DNA of 64,000 nucleotides from Acidimicrobiia bacterium. GTDB lineage: Bacteria; Actinomycetota; Acidimicrobiia; Spongiisociales; ZC4RG35. Shown piece by piece: positions 19,879 to 29,814 of this stretch. The stretch lies in NCBI GenBank assembly GCA_965203555.1, contig CBDBCY010000004.1, positions 1,760,001-1,824,000 of the forward strand, read 5' to 3'. Positions within the stretch are counted from its first letter, which is position 1. Each line of letters begins with the position of its first letter. The notes beneath the pieces were generated by a model. That model searched no databases and was not told the origin of the DNA. It saw only the letters and a list, made by a program, of their open reading frames with translations. The position numbers and the translations under genes were made by a program.

Positions 19879-22008
19879 TCAGACCCTAGTCTTTCGTTCA
19901 CACAGACCGCATGATGAGTAGTGGTCGCAATCACACAGCAACGTCTCCAGTCGACCCGTCGCTGGGTCGTTGACTAGTTGCCTTGGATAGTGATCGGTGA
20001 AGGTCATCGTGTAGGTACGCCCGGCGTACCGATCTAGAATGTCTTCCACCCCTTGGACTTCACTCCCTGTAAGAAACATGACAAGTTGTGTTGCATTTTG
20101 AGCGGCATATTCCAGAAGCGATCTTCTCACAAGGGCGCTTGTCATCCCTAATGGTGTGTCCACAACATTAGGAGCTTTTACGCCACTAACCCGGACGAGG
20201 CCGAGGATGAAGGCCAAGGTCAGAGCCCTGCGTTGCGCTCCACTAAGGTCTCTATCTGGATCTAGCCGCTGTTCATCGGAGCCGAACACCACAATGTCAT
20301 GGTCGCGGCTTAGTTCCGCTCGGTTGATCAGACCTCCCACCTTGGGGTCGACTACTATCATCTGTAGGAAGATTTCGTTCATAGCGGCACTTACCTCTTG
20401 AACTGTTTCACTCTCCAAGGTCTCAATGGTGCCTTTAATCACAGTTTGTAAATCGGTAGCGGCCACTTCCTCGGCCAATCGCCGCCGATACTTCTTCCTT
20501 TTCCTTTGGGCGGCTAGTCGATCCTTCTTCAGTCGTGCCAATCTTCCTTTTGTGAATCGAATCCGCTCTGCCACCCTTACCGCCTCACCGGCTAGGCGTT
20601 TCATTTCACCTTCTTCCTCGTTCACCATCGCTTGAAGCTGGCTGATATCATGCTCTGGAATTGTGGAAATCCTAGTCTCTAGCTCCTTGACCAGCTTTTC
20701 GAGTCGTTGTTGATCGTGATCACAACGAGCAATGCCTTCCAGGGTGCCATTCGCCCGGGCCACCCAGGAGTGAGGATCATCGTCCCGACCGTTGGAGCGT
20801 TCTAGGAACCGAACGCCTGTGCTGAGATGGAGGAGCGTCTCGTGGCTTTCGTCAAGTCTTTTGACCTCAGCTAGAAGTTTGTAAAGCGCGGTGTGACCTT
20901 TTGTCCCTTCTGATACGTCCCGCCCACAGATGCACTTCTCACGACTGAGGCGGTCTCGCACGACATCTGGCAGTGTGTCAGGGATCACCCCTGTCGTTTC
21001 TAGCGTCCTAAGAAGATCACCGGCATAGGAAATCTGGTCAGATGCGATTCGCAATAGCACATCGGAATTGTTTATGAGGGCACGCTGTTCTTTGACCAGG
21101 TTGGTGTAAACCTTACGCTGGGACGCCAGCTCCCTCTCTCGCTCCTTGAGTTCGAGACCGAGTTGCTTCCGACGTCCACCACCGGCCGCTAGCGCTTCAT
21201 GTAGCGCTTCAGTGGCTTTGCGTTTACGGGTGTCGGTCGCCTGGCGGTCATTTTCTATTCTCTTCTTGTGTTCTTCCAGTTTCTGCAGGTGATCGGTTTG
21301 CTCATCCTCTTGCTTCGCTAGCTGCTCTAGGTCTGTGCCAGCAGCCTCCTTTCGGACAGCCGTCACTGCCTGTCTGCGGGATATCTCAACATGGGTATCT
21401 GCCTTTTCGAGGACATCTAGACCGAGTAGCTGCCTCACGGCGCGCTGGACTCGATCACGCTTCGCCGATCGTTCGTCTGTTGCTTCGATAAAAGACAGCG
21501 CACGGTCACCATCGATGAAAAAGATGTCCTTGAGGCTGGTCGGCAGGACCCGGTTCTTTATGAAGGCGGCAGGATTCAAAACGGGTTGAAAGCCTGTTGA
21601 TGTATCCTCCAGGAGCATCAGATCCGGTTCCTCAACCTCAAATGAGCCAGCCACGGTAGGCCGCTCCTTGGTGGTGCGCACAAGGTCATATGTACGTTCC
21701 TTGCCCGTCTGATCATCAATGGTGACGAACCGTATTTCTACTTCGGTTTCGCACGTCGTGCCCTCACTATGGGGATCCCAATCCAAGGGATGCATTCGGT
21801 AAATGGTTCTCCTGCCAGGTAGAGCCTTATCACCAAACAGCCCCCAGGTGAGAGCGTGTAAGAGAGTTGTCTTCCCAGTGCCGTTCTCGGCGCGAAGCAT
21901 AGTCAAAGGACGCTCGGGGTCGTTGGAGAACTTGACAGCCACTCTTCGGAGTTGACGGAAATTGCGGATTCTTGTGTGAAGGATTTTGATCATGGGGATG
22001 GTTGCCAC
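19879..22008 (-). CDS. DndD-like SMC/ABC ATPase with CxC zinc hook
   Basis: NFRQ, AENGTGKTT, FFIDGD, coiled coil with CICGR, LSGAQ signature, VVDTPLG Walker B. Confidence 0.88.
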   Translation of the reverse strand: MATIPMIKILHTRIRNFRQLRRVAVKFSNDPERPLTMLRAENGTGKTTLLHALTWGLFGDKALPGRRTIYRMHPLDWDPHSEGTTCETEVEIRFVTIDDQTGKERTYDLVRTTKERPTVAGSFEVEEPDLMLLEDTSTGFQPVLNPAAFIKNRVLPTSLKDIFFIDGDRALSFIEATDERSAKRDRVQRAVRQLLGLDVLEKADTHVEISRRQAVTAVRKEAAGTDLEQLAKQEDEQTDHLQKLEEHKKRIENDRQATDTRKRKATEALHEALAAGGGRRKQLGLELKERERELASQRKVYTNLVKEQRALINNSDVLLRIASDQISYAGDLLRTLETTGVIPDTLPDVVRDRLSREKCICGRDVSEGTKGHTALYKLLAEVKRLDESHETLLHLSTGVRFLERSNGRDDDPHSWVARANGTLEGIARCDHDQQRLEKLVKELETRISTIPEHDISQLQAMVNEEEGEMKRLAGEAVRVAERIRFTKGRLARLKKDRLAAQRKRKKYRRRLAEEVAATDLQTVIKGTIETLESETVQEVSAAMNEIFLQMIVVDPKVGGLINRAELSRDHDIVVFGSDEQRLDPDRDLSGAQRRALTLAFILGLVRVSGVKAPNVVDTPLGMTSALVRRSLLEYAAQNATQLVMFLTGSEVQGVEDILDRYAGRTYTMTFTDHYPRQLVNDPATGRLETLLCDCDHYSSCGLCERKTRV

Positions 22009-22223
22009 CCATCCTTTAGGAGGACTGTGGCTAAGGCGTGAGTCTGGTCGGTAACCTTCTTTTGGATCTGGGTTCTCGCTGCCAGGTGTTCTCTCTCAAG
22101 TACCACGATTTGGACCAGCGTTTCGAAGACGTCACGTCGGTAGCCCACAACCCGGTTAGCTTCGTTAATCAAGTTCACTTGATCCTGGAGCACCGACAAT
22201 AGTTTTTGCTGATTAACTGCCAT
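21990..22223 (-). CDS. Small helical protein coupled to the CxC ATPase
   Basis: 77 aa; ATG with AGGA upstream; overlaps the ATPase start. Confidence 0.75.
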   Translation of the reverse strand: MAVNQQKLLSVLQDQVNLINEANRVVGYRRDVFETLVQIVVLEREHLAARTQIQKKVTDQTHALATVLLKDGWQPSP

Positions 22224-22252
22224 TGTACTATTCCTAACTCATCTCCGTCTTC

Positions 22253-24406
22253 TTAAACAATGTAATCTAGCCGCACATCCTGGAGCACATCTCGTGGTCC
22301 CCGCGGGGACGCACGATTACGGGCCAGACTGGAAAAAGCGTCACATCGAGCAAGCTCGCCGCTAATCAGCCGCCGTACGTCGTCATCCTTAGGTTCACCA
22401 GGCGGTGGCAAAACCAGGAAGTCATGGATCGTGGCGTACTCCTTCCTAGTTGCGGGGCACATACGAAGGACTCGCCCCCGGCGCTGTATCCACTGGCGTT
22501 CCACCGTAGTACTTGCAAGAATGATCGCCGTGGAGATCTCAGGAACATTCAGCCCCTCGTCCAGGACCCGCTTGGCCGTCAGTATGTGTAGGGATCCCCT
22601 CCGGAACCCCTGCAAGACCGCATCGACCAGCTTGGCTTTGCCTGTTTCGTTGGCTGTGATCTGGTGATATCTTAGCCCCAAAGATCTGACAACGTGATTG
22701 ACTGTGTCAAGCTGTTGCGGATCCTTGTCGGTGGCGTAGACAAGTGTGTGCCTGACGCGGTGACCGGAACCCTGCCCGAGCAACTCCGTGAGTTTCCCAA
22801 GCTTTCCGGTCGCAGTCTCCAAGACCAACCGACGCCTATTCCGAAGGACTTGAAGTCGCTCTTCTTCCTGCACGCTCGGATTATCCCCAGCCATTCCAGC
22901 GAGTCTTCTGATCTGATAGCTGAATTGACGGTACTCCTCAAGTTCGGCGTGGCTGAGGGTTATCGGGTGGACGTGATATTCATATGGCACGAGGCAAACA
23001 CCGATCGCATCTGCAAGACCGAACTCGAACACGACGTCTCCGAAGTAGTCCACAAGCCGAGCTGAGCCTTCAGCATCGTATTGACGCTCAGGAGTGGCCG
23101 ACAGTCCCAACCGGTAGGCCACGTGCAATGGTGGTGAACGGAGGAAAGAACCTGCTCCGAGGTTGTGCACCTCATCGGCGATCAACATCATCGGTCCTTC
23201 GTAGCGGTCCAGAAGGGTCCGGAACTCTGGATCGTTCAGGAAGTCATTCGTCACGATGATTGTTTCCACCCCTTCCACTCCTAACTCGATTCGCTGCAGC
23301 CGTTGGTCAATCTCTCGGAGGCGTCGTCGCCGTTCATGCCTGCCTGCGACGTACGGCAAGAGACCAAAGTCCTCACACTCCTCAGCCCATTGAGCGATCA
23401 GTGGACGAGTTGGGGCTGCAACTACCACAGCTAGGTGGCGAAGCTCACGCCAGAGACGCCAGGCACAGAGAAGAGCGGTGATTGTCTTTCCGGAGCCGGT
23501 GGCCATGGAGAGAATGCCCTGTCGCCCGGCCCCTTCCCACCGCAGTACTGCTGTTGCTTGGTGCGAGTAACGACCAGTCTCCCAAACGAGGTCCGACGGC
23601 GGAGCGAAACCCCTTTGGTCGAATCTCACCTGAACAAATCTATTCCCCTCACTGCGTGTCAGCTTGCCCTCTAGCTGGAGTGCCTTGTGGTAGTCCGCTT
23701 CAGTTGGCGGCCTAGTCGTGTCGTATGACTGAACCAAGCCCGTTCGTAGGGCGAGAGGAAGATCCACAGCTATGGCGTGCGGTTTGGAGTTCGACCAATA
23801 GGCCTCGAACTCCTCAATCACCTCTTGGCATGCTGTCTCACTGTCTCCACCTCGCCAGCTGCGGTGAAGGTTGAGTCTCTCCACATTGCCGACTAATGCC
23901 CTTCCGGTAAAATTCGCTGATCCCGATAGGATCGCCACGTCACCATCTGATCGGAAAATCCACTCCTTGAGATGGAATATGGCATCTTGTACCATGACGA
24001 TCTTCATCACAAGTCGGCGGGATGCTATCAGATAGGCGAAGCACTGCTTGGTGTGTTCAGCTAGAGCACTGGCTAGCGCAGTCTCATCATTGAAGGCCGC
24101 TTCAAATGCCTCCATGAGCACCTCCACTGGTGTTCTAGTACCCAGCCGGATGGCATCCTGATCGGAGTCTGACAGCACAGGGCTTACCAACAGGCGCAGT
24201 GGTTGATTGCTCCGCAGAATGTAGGCAGCCAGACCATGGGAAAGCTCTCGAAGCGCTGCTCCACCAAAGTAGCCAACCATGCAATCGAAGCTATCAGCTA
24301 CCTGAAGCGCCGGGATGATCACGTCACTGACTACCGCGTCGTCTGGGCGGCGCCAGGTTGGTTTACGGTTGTCCAGAAGTCTCAGTCGTGACGGTAATTG
24401 TCCCAT
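22253..24406 (-). CDS. PLD(HxK)-nuclease + SF2 DExH helicase (dnd-associated restriction-enzyme type)
   Basis: FHLKEWIF..GSANFT PLD motif; MATGSGKT, DEVH, GLSATP, LDEGLNVP, QRRGR; AAAAGGA RBS before ATG 24406. Confidence 0.9.
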   Translation of the reverse strand: MGQLPSRLRLLDNRKPTWRRPDDAVVSDVIIPALQVADSFDCMVGYFGGAALRELSHGLAAYILRSNQPLRLLVSPVLSDSDQDAIRLGTRTPVEVLMEAFEAAFNDETALASALAEHTKQCFAYLIASRRLVMKIVMVQDAIFHLKEWIFRSDGDVAILSGSANFTGRALVGNVERLNLHRSWRGGDSETACQEVIEEFEAYWSNSKPHAIAVDLPLALRTGLVQSYDTTRPPTEADYHKALQLEGKLTRSEGNRFVQVRFDQRGFAPPSDLVWETGRYSHQATAVLRWEGAGRQGILSMATGSGKTITALLCAWRLWRELRHLAVVVAAPTRPLIAQWAEECEDFGLLPYVAGRHERRRRLREIDQRLQRIELGVEGVETIIVTNDFLNDPEFRTLLDRYEGPMMLIADEVHNLGAGSFLRSPPLHVAYRLGLSATPERQYDAEGSARLVDYFGDVVFEFGLADAIGVCLVPYEYHVHPITLSHAELEEYRQFSYQIRRLAGMAGDNPSVQEEERLQVLRNRRRLVLETATGKLGKLTELLGQGSGHRVRHTLVYATDKDPQQLDTVNHVVRSLGLRYHQITANETGKAKLVDAVLQGFRRGSLHILTAKRVLDEGLNVPEISTAIILASTTVERQWIQRRGRVLRMCPATRKEYATIHDFLVLPPPGEPKDDDVRRLISGELARCDAFSSLARNRASPRGPRDVLQDVRLDYIV

Positions 24407-24411
24407 CCTTT

Positions 24412-25260
24412 TCAAAGGGCGCATACCGTGCATGGGGGTGCGTCGTCCTCTTCGTCGAGGACTCCTTCCAGGGCTTCAACCAAGGGGAGGTTAGCTCGTG
24501 CTCTTTTGGCGCGAGCCTTGGCTGCTTCGTGACGTTCAAGAATTTGGTCCCGTCGCGACACTAGCTGCACTAACGTTTCGCCACCAGACCAGGTGTATTG
24601 GCGTCCCCGCATGGCCCGATCGCCGAAATCGGCGTCACCGTCTACCCCGGCATCGGTAAGTACCTTCTGCTCGATGGCTACGGCGCGTTCGAATAGTTCC
24701 GGGTGTTGTTCGGATAGGCCGACCCATTCGGCCTTGCGTTGGTAGAAACAGAAGTAGCACCCAGACCGAGTGCGCCATTCGTAGTAGGAGGGTAGCCCGA
24801 TCCCGGCGTCTTCCAGGATTCTGAGCACTTGGTGGTAATCGACGTTGTCCTCGACAAACGGGAAGCGGGTCTTGATGTTTGGTTTAGTGGAGATATAGCC
24901 TTTCCGGTTGGATTCGTCGGCCCGGATCGCAACATATGAGATCGCGGGTGCGTCGCCGATCCACTCCTCGATTGGTTTGATCTTCATGATTTTGGTACAC
25001 CAGCGCATCTGGGGAGATGGAAGAGTGCCACGGAACACTTCAAACCAGTGGTCAAAACCTCTTTCGGCGTTGAGCCGTTCAATTGGTTTGCCAAGGATCA
25101 CCTCTAACCGGGTGAGGTATTCGTAGGTTTCAGGGAGTTCGGCTCCGGTGTCACAGAAGAAGTACTCCATGTCTGGGATCTTGTCACTCATGTAGACAGC
25201 AAGGGCGCTCGAGTCCTTGCCCCCGGAGATGCCGCAGATGTGGCGGACCGTTTCAACCAT
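24412..25260 (-). CDS. sspD: SspD-like PAPS reductase family protein
   Basis: SGGKDS, DTG, RWCT, RADES, RSGCYFC, C-terminal CTVC; overlaps the sspC stop. Confidence 0.85.
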   Translation of the reverse strand: MVETVRHICGISGGKDSSALAVYMSDKIPDMEYFFCDTGAELPETYEYLTRLEVILGKPIERLNAERGFDHWFEVFRGTLPSPQMRWCTKIMKIKPIEEWIGDAPAISYVAIRADESNRKGYISTKPNIKTRFPFVEDNVDYHQVLRILEDAGIGLPSYYEWRTRSGCYFCFYQRKAEWVGLSEQHPELFERAVAIEQKVLTDAGVDGDADFGDRAMRGRQYTWSGGETLVQLVSRRDQILERHEAAKARAKRARANLPLVEALEGVLDEEDDAPPCTVCAL

Positions 25261-28200
25261 GTTGGACCCATAGATTGGGAGCTTCACCCGTGGATTCTTC
25301 ATCGATGGTCATCGAGGGCAGTAGCCGCTCGCCCAATAGTGCGAGAAGGGCGTCTTGTGCCCGCTGTGGGGTACCGGTGACATCGGTTATTTGCTGAATG
25401 AACTTGTCAAGGGCAGAATTGAGTTTGTCACGTTCGTCGTGGTCTACGCTAACGAGGCGGGCATCCTCTCTGCCGTCGGGGCGGGTGAACGTTACCCGGA
25501 ACGCCTCGAACGGACCTCCCCCATCGGCTCGGTGTTGCGCGTGAAGTGCGACCAGGCGGCGAAAGGATGCGACCTGTTGCGGAAGTTCATGCTCGAATCG
25601 ACGTAGGTCTTCATCTCGCCACTCGGCCGGTGCCTTTTGCAAAACAACGGTGGCAACTGCCTTGATCCAATCGGTGTCGGACTCGATGTGGGTGTTAGCG
25701 AGCCTGAGGACGAAGGCGCGGACATTGGGATCCAGCACTTCTCCCGAAAGAGCCTTTGCCTGTCCGGCGATCGCACTACGGGTTTTCTCAGCGGCAATGG
25801 TGAGCAGCGACTGGAGCAGACGATCCAAGAGATTGGAGTAGGCGGACTCCAGTTCCTTGATCACTTCGACCACGGCTTGGGCGTAGTCATGTGCGTCGCG
25901 GTAGGTGTCAGCGTCGGCTGGAACGGGCGTGAATCCAAGGGCTTCGGGAAGCTTGGTGAACAGCAGATCGTCAGGTTCTACTGCAACTAGCAAGGCGTCC
26001 CTGGCTGCACGGGCTGGCGAGGTGAGGTTGTCGGTTCTGCGAGTGTAGTTGTCGAGTTGTCTGACCCTAGCAAGTAGGTGTCCAACGACAGCGAGCACGT
26101 TCGACACTCGATGTTTGCGGAATCTAGGTTTGATGTGAAGGTGTGTCGCGAAAGCGCCGATGGCGTGTCGGCGTGCCCCTGTTGTGTTAGCGAAGTGCTT
26201 GATCTCGAAATGTGCTGGGTTGCGAACCATTCGCTGCGACAGTTCGGATGTGAGCAGTGGTTTGAAGGTGCCGTGCTCGTAGATTGCGATCTTGTCAGCG
26301 TCAACTAGGAGACCGGTAGTGACAAAGACAGGCAGAACTGCAGCTTTCATTCCTACCGGAGGTGAGAGAAGAACTTTGTATACATCCCGAAGGTTGATGC
26401 GACGCGTTTTTGCCCGTGTGAATTCAGTCATGAGCACATCCCAAGCTGGGCGTACCGGTGACTTGTGGCTAGGACTCCGGAAGGTCATGGTCTGGTTCCG
26501 AGTGTCGAGACCGTGAAGCTCGGTGTATTTCAGGAATGCTCTGTACATGGCCATTTCGGGTCCGTATCCCGACAGGCCAAGATTGGTTTTTTCTCCATGA
26601 TTGATCATTGCTTCGAGGAGGACACGGCGTGCCTTGGCTCCCTGGGACGTTAGAGAAGTTCTGTTGAGCATTTCGTTGCGGACTTCTGGAGTCCCTGGAT
26701 AGGCCTTGTCGGCGGCCTGTGAGAGTGCCGCAGAACCGCGGCCCCCGAACAATTCGGCGCTCCGCTGATCACCCAACAAAAGTAGCCACCGAGAAGTGTT
26801 CGGAGCGAAGGTGTCCGCAAGTGCTGCGTCGAGCATGGCCCGGGATTGCGCCAACCTCTCCCCCAGTTCTTGACGGGCTACCCAATCGCCAGCGACCATC
26901 GGATCCTGTAATGCCATGTTTACAGCGGCAACTTCTTTTGCCGCGCTCGCAAGAGCTGATAGGTGTGAAGGGACCACGGTCACAACCGGTTTGGCCAGAT
27001 GTCCGTCGGCGTGCGCCAAAGTGGGTAACTCCGATTGTTTGTCCACAATGAGGAGAACCTCCCCGTCGTAATCGGAGAAGGCATCCGGTGGTTCTACAAC
27101 ATCGGCACCGGACGCGTACCGGCGTTTGAAGACCCGCAACGTCTGTTTCTCGGCGCTGTGCCTTGCCGCCACTACAGGTGAAGGTTCACCTATCTCGGAG
27201 AGGATCTCCACGAGGGTGGAGCGCCCTGTGATGTGGCGAGAAAGGTTAAGGATGCGCCCTATGTCCACATCGGTTCCCTGCCAAATCCGATACTCGTCTG
27301 CGAAGTCCCTATACGTGACGATGCCTCTAGCTTCAAGTTCGTCCAGTGTCACGCCCACATTGTTGTAACTGACTTCAAGGACCTGGCGTGATGCCCTGAT
27401 CGTCCCAGATGAAGAGACTAAGTTGAGCAACGCTATCCCTTTGAGTAGCCGCTCCTGCGCTGGAGTGAGTCCGTGGGAATCCCGGATCCGCACTGAAATC
27501 TCGGTCCAGCGACTTGACTGCTGTTCGACGATGCCATTCGACACGAAGTAGTCGTAGACGGTTTCAAGCCCAATTGAAGGCAGGTGTTCATGAGGGTCGA
27601 CCCTGCGGGAAGCCAAAGAAGACAACACACTCGACCGATCCGGACCGGCTAAGAAAGAGAAGAGCGTCCTTTCGTGCTGCCCGAAACGGTTGCACAGTTC
27701 AGGAACAACCAAAGCAGCGATGGGATGCAGTGGATAACAGGAAGCAATCCCTTCGGGCGTTGCGAGGTCTCTGACACCCAGCGGCTTCATGTCCTTTGCA
27801 AGCATTTCAGACCATCGGTGGATCCGGTTCCTTAATTCCGCGTCGTTGATCGTGAAGACAGTCCGGATGAGAGCGCGTGTCTGAGCTGGCGACTCAACAT
27901 AAGCGATGTCTTCGAAACGACCCTGAACCTTAGCCCATTCCCGACGCTGCGTTACGTTGGTGCCCCCTAGGTAGTCCTCAAAGGAGAGATGCTGAAGGGT
28001 CAACAAGAAGATAGGAAGGCCCCCCTGGCTTTGGCCGGCTTCTGCTAACTGTTGAAGCAGATAGGGATCCGAGTCGCCATCGTCGCGGAAAGCCTCAAGG
28101 CTCTTACCGAACTCGTCAACAATCAGCATCAGTGGGGCTTCCCGTGCCAAGCATTTTGCTACTTCGACAAGGGCGCCCGGTGAAGGACCGGACCGGCGGG

Positions 28201-28729
28201 GATCAGACGTACTGGCGTCTTCGAGGGCACCCCTTAGAGTGGGGGCCGCTGCAAAGATACGCCTTGAAGGAATCGAGCCATACCTCTGAATTACAGCCGC
28301 TTTTAGCGCCCGGAGGATGGTGTGACCTATCAGCTCCCTTTCGGCAGTTACCAACCCACTCTGGAAACCTTCCCCTTCGGCTCCATGACGCCCGCGCGCT
28401 TCCCGAATTAGCCTGCTTACTGGTTCGGATGTCACCTTGATCAGTTGCAATGCGGCGTCATGAGTTTGGGGATGGTCCCCGAATGCCGCATCAATTAGCA
28501 ATGCGAGTGAGGACTTCCCTGATCCGTACGGCCCCGTGAGCGACCACGCCCCACCGGCTGGCCCGTCAACTGCCGTGCGAGCTATCCGTTCAAGAACATC
28601 AAGCGCACGCGCGGTGACCACATACCCATCAAGTGGCTCCGTTCGTGCTTTATCGCGTTCCAGATTCGCAGATCGGGCAAACCGGCCTGCGACCGAGATC
28701 CTGTCCGCCAGAGTCACCATCGCTATCAA
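25253..28729 (-). CDS. sspC: SspC-like large P-loop ATPase
   Basis: 1158 aa; RSANLERD, GPYGSGKSS, DEFGK, EWAKVQGRF, YPLHP, QHERTLFSFL. Confidence 0.85.
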   Translation of the reverse strand: MIAMVTLADRISVAGRFARSANLERDKARTEPLDGYVVTARALDVLERIARTAVDGPAGGAWSLTGPYGSGKSSLALLIDAAFGDHPQTHDAALQLIKVTSEPVSRLIREARGRHGAEGEGFQSGLVTAERELIGHTILRALKAAVIQRYGSIPSRRIFAAAPTLRGALEDASTSDPRRSGPSPGALVEVAKCLAREAPLMLIVDEFGKSLEAFRDDGDSDPYLLQQLAEAGQSQGGLPIFLLTLQHLSFEDYLGGTNVTQRREWAKVQGRFEDIAYVESPAQTRALIRTVFTINDAELRNRIHRWSEMLAKDMKPLGVRDLATPEGIASCYPLHPIAALVVPELCNRFGQHERTLFSFLAGPDRSSVLSSLASRRVDPHEHLPSIGLETVYDYFVSNGIVEQQSSRWTEISVRIRDSHGLTPAQERLLKGIALLNLVSSSGTIRASRQVLEVSYNNVGVTLDELEARGIVTYRDFADEYRIWQGTDVDIGRILNLSRHITGRSTLVEILSEIGEPSPVVAARHSAEKQTLRVFKRRYASGADVVEPPDAFSDYDGEVLLIVDKQSELPTLAHADGHLAKPVVTVVPSHLSALASAAKEVAAVNMALQDPMVAGDWVARQELGERLAQSRAMLDAALADTFAPNTSRWLLLLGDQRSAELFGGRGSAALSQAADKAYPGTPEVRNEMLNRTSLTSQGAKARRVLLEAMINHGEKTNLGLSGYGPEMAMYRAFLKYTELHGLDTRNQTMTFRSPSHKSPVRPAWDVLMTEFTRAKTRRINLRDVYKVLLSPPVGMKAAVLPVFVTTGLLVDADKIAIYEHGTFKPLLTSELSQRMVRNPAHFEIKHFANTTGARRHAIGAFATHLHIKPRFRKHRVSNVLAVVGHLLARVRQLDNYTRRTDNLTSPARAARDALLVAVEPDDLLFTKLPEALGFTPVPADADTYRDAHDYAQAVVEVIKELESAYSNLLDRLLQSLLTIAAEKTRSAIAGQAKALSGEVLDPNVRAFVLRLANTHIESDTDWIKAVATVVLQKAPAEWRDEDLRRFEHELPQQVASFRRLVALHAQHRADGGGPFEAFRVTFTRPDGREDARLVSVDHDERDKLNSALDKFIQQITDVTGTPQRAQDALLALLGERLLPSMTIDEESTGEAPNLWVQHG

Positions 28730-29814
28730 GCCACAGCCACGCCAGAAGCAAGATGCAACTGCCGCTCTGCGTCGCTAGGGTTGCGGCCGAGCCCGATAGC
28801 TTCTATGACCTCATCGTTCACCGGCAGATCCCCTCTCTCGTGGTCGACAAACAAACAGCCGGGGTCACCCTGCGGCATCTTTGTCGGGGACCCTCCGTAG
28901 TAACCATTCAGGACTCTGACCGCAACGACCCCGGGTGTCTCGCGCCAAGCTAACTGCAATCCCCCCGTTGGAGTGACAAGGTCAAGATCCTCTACCTGTT
29001 GGAGAGAAGGCTCAAGCGCTTCCGAGAGTTCGGACTCGCTTAGCTTAAAGATGCGTCCCGGTGCACCGGGCTCGTGCGCTAGTCGGCTCAGGTTGACTGT
29101 GCTGCCAGAAATGCCGGTCCGAGCCACGAAGTCAAGTGCCGCATAGGTGACAACTTCCGACGGCAGGGTGGGTTTCGGACCCAGAGTGAACCTAAACCGG
29201 CCCGTGGCCGGAGAACGGTCGATAAGGCGCAATTCGCGCATCGGACAATCAAGAATCTCATCGATGCTGCGGCGAACCGACCGTGCTGGTGGTCCGTAAG
29301 TCCGCAGCAATGCCCTAACATCCTTCTGCCGCGAGGTAGAGTGCGGGTTCCCCCAGGATGAGACAGCTTCAAGGTAGGTTTCAATAGCCAAATCTAGATC
29401 TCTGTCCTCAAACTCAATCGGCTGAAACTCGTTAAAGGCCAACCACCATATCGGAAGTCTCGATCCCGGAGCCAATAGGAGCCAGTGCAACAACCACAGA
29501 GTCCCGGGATCCTCCATGTAGGGATCCCATCCTCCCTCCCCAAACAAGGAGTATCCGATGCGAGTAGGAATTAGTCCAGGCGAGCGCCGATTCGGTGCCT
29601 TTTCGTCCTCCACCAACAGCCTTGCAGCCAACCCCCAGAAGCGGATGGATCGTGCCATGTTCTTGCCTACTCCGATTACGACTGGAGCATCATTCCGGCT
29701 GAAGACATAAGGGTCCCTGGCCGCAAACCGGTACGCCTTGCGGAACCATCCGTAGCGAGGATGAAAAGTCTCGTGACGCGCGAAGACCGCTTTTGCCGCG
29801 TCAACCAACCGCAT
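28726..29814 (-). CDS. sspB: SspB-like DUF4007 protein
   Basis: FARHETFHPRYGWFRK, GVGKNMARSIRFW, DPYMEDPGTLWLLHW. Confidence 0.88.
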   Translation of the reverse strand: MRLVDAAKAVFARHETFHPRYGWFRKAYRFAARDPYVFSRNDAPVVIGVGKNMARSIRFWGLAARLLVEDEKAPNRRSPGLIPTRIGYSLFGEGGWDPYMEDPGTLWLLHWLLLAPGSRLPIWWLAFNEFQPIEFEDRDLDLAIETYLEAVSSWGNPHSTSRQKDVRALLRTYGPPARSVRRSIDEILDCPMRELRLIDRSPATGRFRFTLGPKPTLPSEVVTYAALDFVARTGISGSTVNLSRLAHEPGAPGRIFKLSESELSEALEPSLQQVEDLDLVTPTGGLQLAWRETPGVVAVRVLNGYYGGSPTKMPQGDPGCLFVDHERGDLPVNDEVIEAIGLGRNPSDAERQLHLASGVAVA

